Part shown: one piece after another, positions 14,416 through 31,113 of the stretch
Layout of the letters: every line of letters begins with the position of its first letter
Position numbering within the stretch: position 1 is the first letter of the stretch
DNA from: Eledone cirrhosa
Taxonomy: Eukaryota
Assembly: GCA_964016885.1 (NCBI GenBank)
Contig: OZ024744.1
Location: 85,932,001 to 85,996,000 of the forward strand
Reading direction: 5' to 3'
Length of the DNA stretch: 64,000 bases
The notes under the pieces: generated by a model
What the model saw: only the letters and a program-made list of their open reading frames with translations
The model's database searches: none
Told to the model about the DNA's origin: nothing
Translations under genes and position numbers: made by a program

Positions 14416-14416
14416 T

Positions 14417-14950
14417 AATAATTGTTTCTACTTTTGGCAAAAGGCCAACAATTATAACAATGTATTACTGGTACTTTATTTTATCGACTCCGTATGGATG
14501 AAAGGCAAAGTTAACCTCGGCGGGATTTGAACTCAGATCATAAAGGGACGTAACTATGCTGGAAAGCATGTCCGACCATATATGAATAATTGTTTCTACT
14601 TTTGGCACAAGGCCAGCAATTACCCAGTGTATTACTGGTACTTTATTTTATCGACCCCGTAAGTATGAAAGGCAACGTTAACTTCGGCGGGATTTGAACT
14701 CAGAATGACAAGGGCCTTAACTCTATGCGTCAAAGCATGGCGTCCGACCCTCTACCGATACTGCCAATCCACCGCCATATATTAATAATTGTTTCTACTT
14801 TAGGCACAAGGCCAGCAATTAACTAGTACATTACTGGTACTTTATTTTATCGACCCCGTAAGGATGAAAGGCAAAGTCAACCTCGGCGGGATTTGAACTC
14901 AGATCGTAAAGGGACGTAACTATGCTGGAAAGCATGGCGTCCGACCCTCT
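14417..14950 (-). mobile_element. Three tandem family-A SINEs
   Basis: Copies at ~14417-14577, 14586-14777 and 14784-14950. Confidence 0.9.
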
Positions 14951-15097
14951 ATTAATAATGAAGGTTTGAAAGATTTATTCCCCGGATCTAATGTATAATT
15001 AATTAGAATTCTAAGTAAACGCATTCACTCGATTGGGTATTACCGAGTGACTATTGTTCGTAATATGTTCTACTTAAATCTAAAAATCTCCCTCAGA

Positions 15098-15128
<31 letters not shown>

Positions 15129-15269
15129 TGTATGTATGTATGTATGTATGTATGTATGTATGTATGTATGTATGTATGTATGTATTTATGTATGTATGTA
15201 GTATGTATGTATGTATTTATGTATGTATGTATTTATTTATGCATATATTTATCTGTGTTTATATATATA

Positions 15270-15340
<71 letters not shown>

Positions 15341-15459
15341 TTATATATATATTTATACTTATATACATATGTATGTATATTTATCTATCTATCTAACTAG
15401 CTACCAATCTATAAATAGATAGATAGATAGATACATACATACATACAATTATATATATA

Positions 15460-15491
<32 letters not shown>

Positions 15492-15559
15492 ACATATATA
15501 TATATAAAAATATATAAATATATATGTGTATATATATATATATATATATACACATACAT

Positions 15560-15600
<41 letters not shown>

Positions 15601-16254
15601 CAGACCTCTGTATGTGTGTGTGAGCATATCTGTGTATGTTCTTGGATGTAAGTATATACCCATATAGGGATATATCAATTTATTTTGTTCCAGTAGGCAT
15701 AAATACATCTGTATTATGTCTGTGGAAACGTCTGTTGTTTTGTTCAAGTTTAATTTGTAATTTATATATTAGCTGGATCATAAAGTAAAGCTGAAATATA
15801 ATACGCTAAATTATATTTATATAATTTTTAATATAAACATATATATATATACATATAAATATATATATATATGTGCGCGTGTGTGTGTGTGTGTGTAAGT
15901 ACGTATTTATGTATCTACCTACGTATTTATGTATTTATGTATGAATGTATGTGTGTATGTACGTATGTATGTATGTAAATATGTATGTATGTATGTATGT
16001 AAGTATTACAAGCTGAATTTGATGGATTGGAAACTAAATTAGGTGGATTATAGAACATTGTTAAACCTATACACACACAACACACACACCACACACACAC
16101 ATACACACACACACACCACATATACATATACACACCATATACACACACTCATACACGAAAAGTATAAACATTGCTTGCACACACATATATCTACTACATA
16201 GAATTAATCTAGCAAAGACATTGATGACTTTCAAATATATGTTTGCATATTTGA

Positions 16255-16320
16255 TAGATTATATATCGAACAAAAGGACAAATCTTAGATTATATATCGA
16301 ACAAAAGGACAAATCTTAAT
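16255..16320. repeat. 32-bp tandem duplication
   Basis: tagattatatatcgaacaaaaggacaaatct x2. Confidence 0.9.
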
Positions 16321-16839
16321 TAGAAGTCCCTTGGGAAATACCTAATAGACAACCCCTGAAATTTCTAGGATCAATCCTTAGATTGATCGAATGCATCGGA
16401 AAACTCCCGATTTTTGACAAGTATTTGGTAGATTTATATATGTACATATATGACATTTGAAACTTTATGTATCTGCTTCTTTTGCACTTGACTACTTGTC
16501 TTGTTCCTATTTTTTGGTAATGTTGTACTGTATATGTAGGCCTATATGTTGTAAGATAGGGCTCTGCAGTTGAACTTGTTTTTTTTATAGTTAAATTTGT
16601 TCACTGTGAGTATACGATTAATACTAAAATTTGCATTGTTTCTAGCATATTTGTCGAAATAAATTTAAAAAAAAACAAAAAACGGGGGCAGCAAAACATG
16701 GTGGGGTTTTATTAGCTTAGGGATATCCTCAACAAGCAGAAAATATCACATGATCCACATGACAGGGGCAATGTGTCCGAACACGGAAGAGCTGAACTCA
16801 CACTGTCATCACCTGCATCTCTCTCCATTGTGAGGAAAT

Positions 16840-17070
16840 GGGGGTTCCACGTGCTGGGCCGCCCCACAGCTCCGGTGGATAGAATGGAGAAGGCGTTTCC
16901 CCGGAGGTTGGTAGGGGAGATGCGCTGGAAGAGCCATTCCATCTCGCGAGGCTCACACCTGCGGCTGGCCAGCTCAGTGCTTATGGTGGTGAGTAGGGAT
17001 GAGCCCCCCCCCCCCGGTCCAAGGACACCAGAAGTTTCCATTGCCAAGGGCACGACTGGGATATCCTTGT
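16840..17070 (-). pseudogene. CRE-clade non-LTR element C-terminal (RLE-domain) fragment
   Basis: PLAMETSGVLG...EWLFQRISPTNLRGNAFSILS matches the 'P.A.ET.G..G / QR.S.A..RGNA' C-terminus; homologous to 54985-55050. Confidence 0.7.
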
Positions 17071-17072
17071 AA

Positions 17073-17392
17073 AGGCACGTAGCTTTGTGGTTAGGTAATT
17101 TGGCTTACAATCGTAAGGTTGTGAGTTCAATTTCCGGTGGCGCGTTGTGACCTTCAACAAGACACTTTATTTCACATTGCTCCAGTCCACTCAGCTTGCA
17201 AAATTGCGTTGTACTTATAGCCCGAAGGACCAGCATTGTCACATTCTGTGTCACGCTGAATCTCCCTGATAACTACGTTAACTGTACGAGAGTCTGTGGA
17301 ATGCTCAGCCACTTGCACGTTAATTTCACCAGCAGGCTGTTCCGTTGATCGTATCATCTGGAATACTCGTCGTTGTAACCGACGGAGTCCCT
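17073..17392 (+). mobile_element. tRNA/CORE-like SINE, family C (degenerate copy 60228-60530 minus)
   Basis: tRNA head with gagttcaatttcc; caagacactttatttcacattgctccagtccactcagc core. Confidence 0.75.
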
Positions 17393-17566
17393 TCCTTCCT
17401 GAGATATCCGTAGGATAATCTTCTGTTTTATAGGATTGTGCAATAGTGAATAAACATGTTGAAACACAATCCCTTACAATAAAGTTGTGTGAATTTAAAC
17501 TTTGCCTTTGGGGGAGGGGGAGTGTGGCATAAATTAAAAAATATGGCATATGAAAACCAGATGGTT

Positions 17567-17760
17567 TAACCCTTTAGCATTTAAACCGGCCGTATCCGGT
17601 CAGAATTCTCTCACCTCATTCTATTCAAACCAGCCGTAACTGGCCACTCATACTGATGTTAATGTATTATTCTCAAAATATATAATATCAAAATCTCATA
17701 GATTTGATATTAAGTGAGATATTTATGTGAGATAAAGCATTTACCATGAAAATATGATAG
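17567..17760. mobile_element. TTAA-CCCT-ended repeat (piggyBac-like MITE end)
   Basis: ttaaccctttagcatttaaaccggcc; partner TIR not found. Confidence 0.35.
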
Positions 17761-17852
17761 TATATATAGAGTAATGTAGATGTTAAAGTATTTAAACTGA
17801 ATAAAAGCCTATCTAATAAAAAAAAAAGCTCCTTGATAATCATGATGAACAT

Positions 17853-18038
17853 AATATTGTTTCTACTTTTGGCACAAGGCCAGCAATTACCCCAGTTCAT
17901 TACTGGTCCTTTATTTTATCGACCCCGTAAGGATGAAAAGGAAAGCTAACTTTGGAGGAATTTGAAGTCAGATCATAAAGGGCCGTAACTATATGCTGCA
18001 AAGCATGGCGTCCGACCATCTACCGATACTGCCAATCC
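17853..18038 (-). mobile_element. tRNA-SINE family A
   Basis: Reverse complement of the family-A consensus. Confidence 0.85.
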
Positions 18039-18614
18039 TTGATTTTATGATGAACATAATATTATATGATGAACAAAACATTAAAATCCAGAATGTAAAA
18101 AAATGAAAGGCATTTAAAAATAATGAGAAAATAAAGTAAACGAAATATTTAACAGATAAATAAATGAAAGTAAATTTTTCGTGTTCGACACTACTTATAA
18201 CTTACTTTTTCATTGAACACATTTGATTTGCGGGGACCTAGTTCTATTGTTAGGGTTAAGGTTATTCTTTCTTTTATTGATTGTATTGCGATACAATGTT
18301 TGCAGTTATTAATCCTATACCCAGTATCCAGACGGCAAATTAAAGGAGTTAGAATATTATATTAAATGCCTTAGCATTTGTTCAGGCTCACTGCGCTCTA
18401 ATTTAAAATTCTCACCTTGGTTGTCTTTGCATTTCATCCTTTCGAGTTGTAGTTCCAGTCGTTTTCATAATTTTCTCTAGACCCGTCAGCTGTGTTCAGA
18501 TTTGGAGAAGGATGGATGGGCTCATCGGATTTTAAATTTCTACCACATGGCATATTACCTGGTGGTGTCCCTACGATTCTTTCAGAGATTTAGGGATTAG
18601 GGGTAAAAAATAAA

Positions 18615-18946
18615 GACCCCTTTGGTCACGAATGACCATGGGATTTGCACCTAGAAAGTACCCCTCCTAGGATCAAGTTTGGGCAAGGTTATTTATGGAA
18701 GACCAGCAGTCACCAACGTATACGAGTCTCCCCTCTCCACACCACCGATGTTGTCCAAGGGAAAGGCAATGATTGATACAGTTTGGCAGCAGTGACGTCA
18801 CAAATAATTTCTACAATTGAGTAAACTGGAGCAATATGAAATGAAGTCTCTTACTCAAGAACACAACGCAAAGCCCGGTCCGAGAATCGAACTCACAACC
18901 TAATGATTGTAAGCCCGATGCTCTAACCACTAAGCCATGTGCCTTC
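18615..18946 (-). mobile_element. tRNA/CORE-like SINE, family B (also 60897-61580 minus; relative at 54478-54745 plus)
   Basis: Minus-strand head ggcacatggcttagtggttagagc..gagttcgattctc; tail ccatggtcattcgtgacc..gggtc. Confidence 0.8.
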
Positions 18947-19869
18947 ACAATTCGGGGTAAGGGGGTCCTTATCGTCTCAATTTTTTAAATCCTACAGTTT
19001 AAGTTTCGTTTTCAATATTAAACGTCAGTTCTTATCCTACAGATATATGATCAACATATTTCCAATCGTATCCATCATGTATTCTTTCCCCTTTTCAAGC
19101 AGTATAAAATAAACTATTATGTAGGATTAGAATTTAGCTTCAGACATAGTTGTATATAGGTATATATTGGAATTTCGTATTTCTAAAGAATTACGGTATG
19201 CTTAAATAAATATTTGGAGAGCCGTAGTTAAGCCAAAACACCAGCGGCTAACGCCGTCTGGCGGTGTCTAGCAGATGCGAGGGAGACAGCCGTCTATGCT
19301 GAACTGGTTCTCATCAAGACGATCCCTCCCACTCTTATGTATATTTCTGTCTAAACACAGGGTATAATTTATCGTAGATTTTGTCAGTTATCTCTCACTG
19401 GTTCTACGAAAAAATAGTATATTATCTTTGTCTTCTCTATTTTGATTTAACAATATTGTCGAAATGGTTGTTAAAGACGTAGAGCTCATTGATGTTAAAC
19501 TTTTCGAAGGCAGTCGAGAAATCAGGCGTACTTGAATCCCCGTACTGCCGAATTCCTCCCGTCTGAGGAGAGACCCAGTCCCGCGGGGTTGGGTGGCTGT
19601 TGCAGTGTGTGTCACTGGCTATCGTCCAGGGGAATGCTTATGCCGCCTTGTCCGCAGGGGGGCAGCACTCCTGCCTCCTTGCCGTAGGCCTAAATCCCAA
19701 TCAGCCCCCTCCCCATCGTCACCTCACTTCTGTGACACAAGAGCTCTTGTCACCCCCTTTCCGTTCTTTCCTTCTTTCTTTCTCTCTTTTTTTCTCTATA
19801 TTTCGCTATTTTTTCTTTCCTTTTGTTTCCCTTTTTTTTTTATTATTGCCATCATTGTAGTTGCAATTG

Positions 19870-19978
19870 TGGTGGATTGGCAGTATCAGTAGAGCATCAG
19901 ACACCATTCTTTCCAGCATAGTTATGGCCTTTTACGTTCTGAGTTCAAATCCGCCAAGGTTAACCTTGCTTTTCATCC
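19870..19978 (+). mobile_element. Truncated family-A SINE
   Basis: Head and B-box present, tail missing. Confidence 0.7.
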
Positions 19979-20489
19979 GCCTATTTCTATTCTATTATAA
20001 GTTGAGCTAACTTATGCAGCTTCATATGCAAATGAGATTAATCACCTCAATTACACAGACTATATATTCTCGACTGTTCTCAAGTTCGGCAGTTGCAAGC
20101 GATGGGAGGGACCATCATGAGGAAGACAAGTCAAGTCGGAAATGCATGGACGGTTGCCCCCCTTGCTTCTGTTGGACATCACCAGAGGGCGTTAGCCCCA
20201 GTATTTGTATAGCTACGGCTGCCTAAAAACGTGTTTGAGAAATACGAAATTTCTATACATATTTATATACAGCTAAGACTGAAGCTAAGTCCTATTTCTC
20301 TCTATATATGTGTGTATATGTATGTACATATATATATATATATTTACTAGGTATAGGTTCGTTGTTATATATTTATACTTATATACATTAGTAACCACAC
20401 ACTCTCCAACACACACACCCATATATATATATATATAACCCTCTGTGTGTGTTGGTGTGTGTCTGGTTACGAATGTATATAGGAGTATT

Positions 20490-20554
<65 letters not shown>

Positions 20555-20659
20555 CGACGAACCTATACCCCGGCATATATATTATGTATATCTATACTTA
20601 TGTACGTTATGTAAGCGTCGTATAAATATGGAATATATATATATAAACAGAAACAAATT

Positions 20660-21283
20660 CAAGGTACGTCCAATATTCTATCATATATCTGAACACACAA
20701 CCCAAGAAATGTGGAAGCTTACAACACTATTCACAATAACATCCCACTACTAAAACAAAACCCAAGAATGAAAAAAGCCCTTGAAACACAAAAAATAATC
20801 AAAAGCAAAAGACAACCGAAATCACGGAAAACATTACTCACCAATGCCAAATTACCTACCACAAACCCACAACCAAGTGTAAAAAAATGTGGTCGCTCTA
20901 ATTGTGGAACCTGCACTCACCTCATTGAAGGCAACACGTATACATTTAAATCCGGACAACATTTTACTGTAAAAAATCACTTCACTTGCTCATCAAAAAA
21001 TCTAATTTATGCCATTAAATGTAAAAGATTCAATGAAGATTATATAGGACAAACTAAACTCACACTCAGAAACAGAATGACAGTTGATCGCCAACAATTA
21101 CGAGATCCAACCACGAGACAGATACCACTAAGCGCACATCTAGACATATGCGCAAGTAATAAGACACCCAAATTCCAAGTCTTCCCATTTTACCTTTGCG
21201 CTAACAATACAACAGAACAAATACGAATAAATAAGGAAAATATGTTTATTCAAAAATATAGACCAACATTAAATATGGTTTAA
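20660..21283 (+). pseudogene. PLE (Neptune-like) GIY-YIG endonuclease, 5'-truncated; 3' UTR runs to ~22480
   Basis: CGRSNCGTC linker, FTCSSKNLIYAIKC..YIGQT..LRNR, KENMFIQKYRPTLN. Confidence 0.9.
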
Positions 21284-22307
21284 TATACATTATGTCAACA
21301 CCATAATATGACATACACACACACACATAACACTTTCTAATTTAGAAAATAAAAACCTGAATTAAATAAACCTTAATATACGTTTGCACTGGCAATACAC
21401 AGAACAAATACGAAAAAGTAAGGAAAATATGTTCATTCAAAAATATTCCTACTAAAGGAATCATTTTCCTACACACACACACACACAATATATATATATA
21501 TTCTCTTCATCTTAACATGCTAACCATACTCCCACACGCATAACACCCATACACACACATAACAATCCCCACACCCACATACACAACTCCCTCCCCCATT
21601 TCTACTAATAGAATCACTTTCCTACACACATATATACACACACACACAAAATATATATTCTCTCCATCTTAACATACTCCCACACACACACACATAACAC
21701 CCATATACACACACAACTCTCTCCCCCATTTCTACTAATATAATCATCTTCCAATACACACACACACACACACACACAGACACAAGCACACAAATAAACA
21801 TACATATCTTTACTTTCTTTATTCAATAGAAAATCTGAATTCTGACACCCCAGCGAACTAACCATATTCACTGAACCAGAACAATTCTCCCATCCCATTT
21901 CTCTTGACCATTATCTTTTGCTTGTCATAAAATTCTCTAAAAAGGCTACAGTTTAGATTTCCAAATAAGTGCGCGAAAATTTAATGAAAACTTGTTCACA
22001 TGACAGCCATAATTTCATTTATAACCAATCAAATTACGCTTATTAATAAAAAGCCTTCGTGAGCCCCTTTTTTCAAGTAAAAAGAAATTCAAACACTCAT
22101 ATATGAAAAAGCAACCTGTGAGACCCACTCCTTTGTTTGAAGAACTTTGTAACGCGAAATGGCGCGAAATTTATTATAATTATTGACCAACCAATCAAAT
22201 TACTTCTCGAAAAACCTGGCATTTCGAGCCACTTTTTCCATATAAAACAAGTAACATTCAGAGATCTACCAGATGTGAGAAAAACCACAGACACTCCATC
22301 TCAACTC

Positions 22308-22345
22308 TACTTTTGAAAAGAAGAAGAACTGCGAAACCGGTAAAG
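22308..22345 (+). ncRNA. HHR-like motif with U3/A8 variant core
   Basis: ctt-TTGAAAA-g..ctgc-GAAACCGGTA^-aag; stem III is ACCGGT. Confidence 0.5.
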
Positions 22346-22483
22346 GAACCAAATAAAAATATATATTTTTTTTTTAAATAAGACTCCAGTTGCATTTTCG
22401 ATTTCATCTTTTTTTCTTTATACTTTCACTCGTGTAGGACACCTCGGTTATTTTTCATTTTGTGAAAAAAACCTCACTTTCTA

Positions 22484-22595
<112 letters not shown>

Positions 22596-22645
22596 AATAC
22601 AGTGTTATTCTATCCAACTACCCTATTTTATTTACCTATATATAT

Positions 22646-22684
<39 letters not shown>

Positions 22685-22767
22685 TATATTTATATATATA
22701 TATTCATATATATATATGTGTTTGTATATATATTCATATATATTTATATATATATAAATATATATAT

Positions 22768-22838
<71 letters not shown>

Positions 22839-22877
22839 CGAAACATAAGTCAATTGCATGAACACAATCCTTTATTT

Positions 22878-22934
22878 ACTGCTATATATATTTCGATGTC
22901 AGCCATTGGATGGCTATGACCTCATCAAGGCAGT
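22878..22934 (-). ncRNA. Type-I HHR (core with one extra T)
   Basis: actgc-CTTGATGA-ggtcatagccatccaatggctgacatc-GAAATATATATA^-gcagt; stem I is actgc/gcagt. Confidence 0.6.
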
Positions 22935-23014
22935 TAGTCAGTTCTTAGATATGCCAGGTCTGTGTTTATGGTGTTGATGGTATCAGAGCCTTGGGACATA
23001 TATATATGTATCTA

Positions 23015-23166
<152 letters not shown>

Positions 23167-23614
23167 TAGATATATTTATGTCTAATATCATGTAATGAGT
23201 GACCACTTACGCCGAAATTTCTGTTGTTCCCTGTATTGATTTCACTTATCATATATGTTGCCAGTAAATTCGAGAGCATGTGTTTCCTCCACTTTTCGTT
23301 GGTGACAGGGAAGACACTCTTCTGTTGAGGAGGCGATTAAAGTAGTTCACATATTGGGAGTATTACTCTTAGGATTTATACCATTAGCCTAAGAGCATGC
23401 TTGACGCAAGTAACCGAACAACTAATTGGCTGTAAGTACTACAAAAGATATAATTGAATAATGCTATTAATTTTATTATATATATTGAATGTTCTCATAT
23501 ATTTTTTGTGTGTGCGTATGAAGAGTTTTTAGAAACTCGTTCACCAAATTATCATTATAATGATGGTTTTCGATGACATGGAGGGTTCATTGAAAGAGCT
23601 AGAATTCTTCAACA

Positions 23615-25349
<1,735 letters not shown>

Positions 25350-25351
<2 letters not shown>

Positions 25352-25626
25352 TTTATGTCGTTTGGAAGCCTCGACAATGCAAATGGGTAAATCTCCGGGT
25401 AACAAGGTCCGGTGGTGGAGAGAGAGATGTAAGTGGGTGTACGTTGAGATGCGTGGTGTGTACACATCTTAAAAACACCACGCATCTCAACGTACACCCA
25501 CTTACATCTCTCTCTCCACCACCGGACCTTGTTACCCGGAGATTTACCCATTTGCATTGTCGAGGCTTCCAAACGACATAAAGATATTTACTTATTGTTC
25601 CACAATTCTTCAAGCAAACTTCAATA

Positions 25627-25696
<70 letters not shown>

Positions 25697-25758
25697 TATT
25701 GAAGTTTGCTTGAAGAATTGTGGAACAATAAGTAAATATCTTTATGTCGTTTGGAAGA
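25350..25758. repeat. Two overlapping palindromes
   Basis: 25350-25460 vs 25475-25588 (15-nt loop) and 25566-25633 vs 25690-25757 around (TA)n. Confidence 0.9.
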
Positions 25759-26214
25759 TATATATATATTTGTATTTACTTGAGGAAAGCAGTTCTATTC
25801 GGGCCGCCATCTCTTGGGAAACTGCTGAGCATTACTATATAAGAAGTTTAGTTGGCCGTGTTTTAAAAGGCGGTCACCGAAGGCGTCTGCGCTAGAAAAA
25901 AAACGTGTTTGTGTGTGTTTATTTTATGTACGAAGCTAAGGGGATATGTGTGTTTAAGTTTATGAGAGTACGCGTGTGTATGTGCGCTAGTTGTGGGTCT
26001 GAAGAGAGCTGTGAGTCTAAGTGTAGAAGTGTCTGCGTGTTTGTTATTGGTTTGTACAAAACTGTAAGGTCTGTTTTTCTGACCGTTTCACAGCGAGAGA
26101 AACCTTGGGTTAAATGTCAGCGCGCATGCGTGACAGTAGATGTGGTAGACGTGACAGTGGCTAGAGGTATAAAAGTAAGCGCGAACGTATATGTTCACGG
26201 GTAATTAGAAAGTA

Positions 26215-26870
26215 AACAAATTGGGGAGGGGAGTTCAGTCCATAAGAGAAACTGAACTCAAGGCGAAAAATCAGGCACTGCTCAGTCCTGGTGCTAGAGG
26301 TGCTCGGTGTGACATGTAGAAAGGAGTGGCTGAGGAACGTAAGTGACAAGCGACGAGGGTATCCTTACCAAGTTGAATTTCCCTCAAGTGTTCAGCGAAA
26401 CGGTCGGTCAAGCAGCGGCTTGTTTGTCCGATGTTTATGTATCCACCAAGGGAACACCAAAGGGCATAGATTGTAAGGATGGATGTACAGGTGAATGGGT
26501 GGTGGGTACGGAAAGAACCGTTAGCGCCTTTGAGAGAAGTGAGGTTAGAAAGGAAGAGACAGCGGAGGCAAGAACAGGTACGGGATCCGGGTGGAGTGGA
26601 GTCCTAGGAGAGGAAGGCAAGGAAATTCGTACGAGGAGATCGCAGTCATTACGGGTACGCTTAATGGTGGTAGCGGGTGGCCTTGGAAAGAATCGAGAAA
26701 TGACGTGTTCAGAAGAGGGTGCGGAAGCAAAGGAGGACATGTCATCGGAGAGGTAGTGTGGTGGGGTGGTAGATGATGGGGACAGAAAGGTGGGTGTTTT
26801 GGGTGGGGTGGGGTGGGGGGTGATGAAAAGACTGTGGTACGGTCGGTATCACGGACGCGGTTATATATAT
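26215..26870 (-). pseudogene. Degenerate PLE GIY-YIG fragment
   Basis: Across frames: FFPRPP..IKRTRN..DLLVR, NIGQTSRCLTDRFAEHLR, EQCLIFRL...GLN. Confidence 0.75.
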
Positions 26871-27020
26871 AGATAGAGACGAGGGAGCAATGTGGCAGCA
26901 TGCTACTTCGTCCGTCTCTGGGTCAAAGACATAAACAAAAACTTTTTCATCTCTCTATATTCTTTGTTCGTTTCCTTAAAATTTACCACCATTAGATGGT
27001 ATACATCTATTACGCAATTT

Positions 27021-27078
27021 AAACCTGATGAGGTCACCGGGTTCTTAGGCAGCCTGGCCACTGAAATGTCCATAGTGT
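27021..27078 (+). ncRNA. Type-I HHR (paralog of 45210-45267)
   Basis: CTGATGA-ggtcacc..tggccact-GAAAT-GTCC-ATA^-gtgt; lies in the 26885-27140 repeat, matched in inverted orientation at 45150-45405. Confidence 0.6.
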
Positions 27079-27482
27079 TTTCAGGAATGAAAAATTAAGG
27101 AAATTCAACATATTTGGCCTCCTGCCATTTCACTTTATAATATATATATACCTATGTGTTAGTGTGTATGTCTGTGTGTGAGTGTGTGTGTGTTACACAA
27201 ACAAATGGTGGGTAACTTTATACATGTCTGTATAATACTTTTAGTGTATTTTTTTTAGTTTTGTAAAATGTTTTGCTCCAATTTTATGTATTTTGCATCT
27301 TTACTTACACAATTAAATTACCTATTTTTTGTACTTTTGTTTAGAAGAATCGAAAATCAAGCGTTTTCTAGCACATATAATTGTACACTGTCTATCGAAC
27401 TGACATCCCTTAGACAGTTACAAACACAAACACATACACACATAGACAAATACAACCACAAACATGCATATCATCTACACAC

Positions 27483-27518
<36 letters not shown>

Positions 27519-27559
27519 GAATTATAAGGGGTCGACAACCCGAATGTCCAAAATTCTAT

Positions 27560-28139
27560 AGCTACCACCCGGACTTCTGCACTGCATTATAACCAGCAGA
27601 CTAACACCCAGGATAATTGTAACTGTAGAGCTAATAGAACCTGCCCTTTAGATAAAAAATGCCTAACCAAGGATATCATATACTCATGCACCGTCACAAC
27701 TAGCAACTCTTCAGGAACCTATGTAGGCTCCACTTCTAACTGCTTCAAAATCAGATATAATTCGCACATCCACTCGTTCAAAAAGCACAGTCTAGCCAAC
27801 TCCACCTCACTATCTAGCTACATACACTATCTAAAAACTAAAAATAAACCTTACACACTCAAATGGGAAGTGATAGGTAGCGCGACTTCGGACAAACCAC
27901 CTAATAAATTTTGTAACCTTTGTATACTAGAGACCCACACTATTATCTTCTCTAACCGTAACCTACTTAACACAAAAAATTTGAAGTGTTTGCAACTTGC
28001 CAGCACCGCTTCAGACATTCCTTCCAAAACTTTAAGCCCAATATATAGCAATGTCGGACTTGAACCAGACACCACCTCTAGCATCAAACACCAGGGGCAC
28101 ACCTTATACCACATCCCCACACTAATTGATCTAATATAA
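27560..28139 (+). pseudogene. PLE (Naiad-like) Zn-linker + GIY-YIG fragment
   Basis: CNCRANRTCPLDKKCLTKDIIYSC...YVGSTSNCFKIRYNSH...KWEVI...CNLCILE. Confidence 0.85.
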
Positions 28140-29715
28140 CACAAATCGGGATATCCCTCTAGAACCCTTCACAGTGAGAATACCCCTTTGTACTTCTACT
28201 TTAGGTGTGACTACATCCAGTTGCTTGAACTGCACCACACCACTTTATAGTTAATGTAAAATTTAAGCATTGAATTGATTGTATTGTTGGTGCTATGCGG
28301 AGGAAGTGCCATCGTTGGATAAATGGAAAACTATTTAATCTAGTAACGTTGATGAGCTGTACGACCGGTATGCTGAGTGCAGTGAATGTATTGCAGGTGG
28401 TGTATGGGTTGTACATGTATGTATGATTTGATGGTCAGATTGGAGACATGAGGAGTGTGGATTGACCTCTGGTCGGCCCTGGTGATCATTATCTTTCGAC
28501 ATCCAATATAGCATGCACTGACCCGGAACTTACCGGGGATCATTGTGTGTTGAAGTGATTTTGCAATCACCTTGCCTGGTTCTTTGAGTAGACTGCAATC
28601 ACAGTGATCATTAATTTAGAAATCACGCTCGTCGTGTATAATATTCATTTGTGGCACTCTACGATGGAGGTTAATCACCATAATAAAAACTTAATAGACT
28701 ACTTTATAGTTAAAACACTTTAAATTTTAGAAATTTTTTAGAAACTGCGCATAACTATATAAGTTAGGGACTATTTTGAGACACAATTTAATAGTTAGTA
28801 ATAGAAACCACTGAGTTACCTCCCCTCATGCATTAACTCCCCTTAGCCACACACACACTTCCGGGTAATATTTCGATGTCGATTCTCGCAACGTAACATC
28901 CTCATGTATTGAGCTAAAGAACATCAGACTACGATTCTCTAACTGAATTGTCAAACGCCCAATATCGAATCGTCGTGGATTATGTGAGGGGAATATAATC
29001 TGAAAAATATGCTCCCAGACTATGAAAATGTCGCAGTGCATGAAATCCATATCATCGCTTCGCTACGCATTTACAATATTTTTAATGCTTACATTATTTT
29101 TAATACTTATATTATTTCTCCACACACAGGCTATAACAATCATATAAAGAATTCATTACCAGATCAACCCTCTTAACACTCTTGATTACCTGCTTAAGTG
29201 CTTCTATTACACGTAACTCTCTGCCACACTATATAAACAAGACGCACGTGCTTGCCACACATATAACCATTGCACTCTATAACCGCTTAATTTCATGTTG
29301 TATTTTAACCTGTATTTTTGATTGTATCTTTTAATATGAATGTAATCTCTAAATGTGTACTGCCACTCTAAATGCAGTAATGAATGTTGACCCACAATAT
29401 TTGCATATGTATCTGTATTTCTCTTGGGTGAAAAGGAGGTAATATAAGTGTTCATTAAATAATAAATTGCTCCGAAGAATTCAAACCTCGGTTTGGAGGA
29501 AACAGTTGTAAGCATAAAAATGTTTTGAACAGTTCTTTGATTCTTATAATTCATATAACTGCTCTGTAAATCATCTGATGTTATTACATTGAGCTATTTA
29601 ACTTACTGGTAATACGGTAGTAATATATTACTGCCTACCACTATTTAGGGTTTATAAAAATATATATAACTACAAAAGGTTTTTGTATTTGCATAACCAT
29701 AAATAGTATAATTAA

Positions 29716-29860
<145 letters not shown>

Positions 29861-29872
29861 GTAACATATATA

Positions 29873-30283
<411 letters not shown>

Positions 30284-30870
30284 CGTATATATATGTGTGT
30301 GTATGTACATCATGTTTCGCTGTGACCAGTCTTCTCTCTCCTTCTACCTACCTATTTTTTGCTATCTACTCTTCCCCCTCTTTCTTTCTCTCCCTTTCTC
30401 CCTCTCACTTTCACTCACCCTCTCTCTGCTAGCCACCTCATTGTTTCCCTCTCCTGTCCCTCTAGTAGTCCTTATCTCTCTTACACTTGCATAGGTCAGA
30501 CGTGTCTTTTTTCTCGTCTGCACAATCTCGAACTTATGTTCAGTAATTGTCGTTGACTTTAATTTTCTCTCGTCGGAGTTGCTCACACACTCTTCTATTT
30601 GTTGTTTCTCGTCTTTTTTTCCCTATTTTTCTCCTTTCTTCGCTTTTCCCTTCTGTTATCCTATATTTTCTCTCTCTCCTCCCTCCTTTTTCCCCCCGAT
30701 AACTTACCGTAGTTATTGACGCACTGGGGCGAGATATCATGCCTTTAATACGTAGAAATATCCAAGGCCCCCAGCTGACAACTGAGGAAGGAAAATTTTC
30801 TCCCGTTCATGCTTTCTTCTTATTTTTAAATATACCTCATCCAGCAACTACACAGACTCTTCTCTTCTTC

Positions 30871-30973
<103 letters not shown>

Positions 30974-30974
30974 G

Positions 30975-31036
<62 letters not shown>

Positions 31037-31037
31037 G

Positions 31038-31090
<53 letters not shown>

Positions 31091-31113
31091 ATAAATGTAT
31101 ATATGTATATATA

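Noticed and set aside
28190-28570. Additional minus-strand GIY-YIG remnant (..YIHCTQHTGRT..)
   Set aside because: Too degenerate to support without a profile search.
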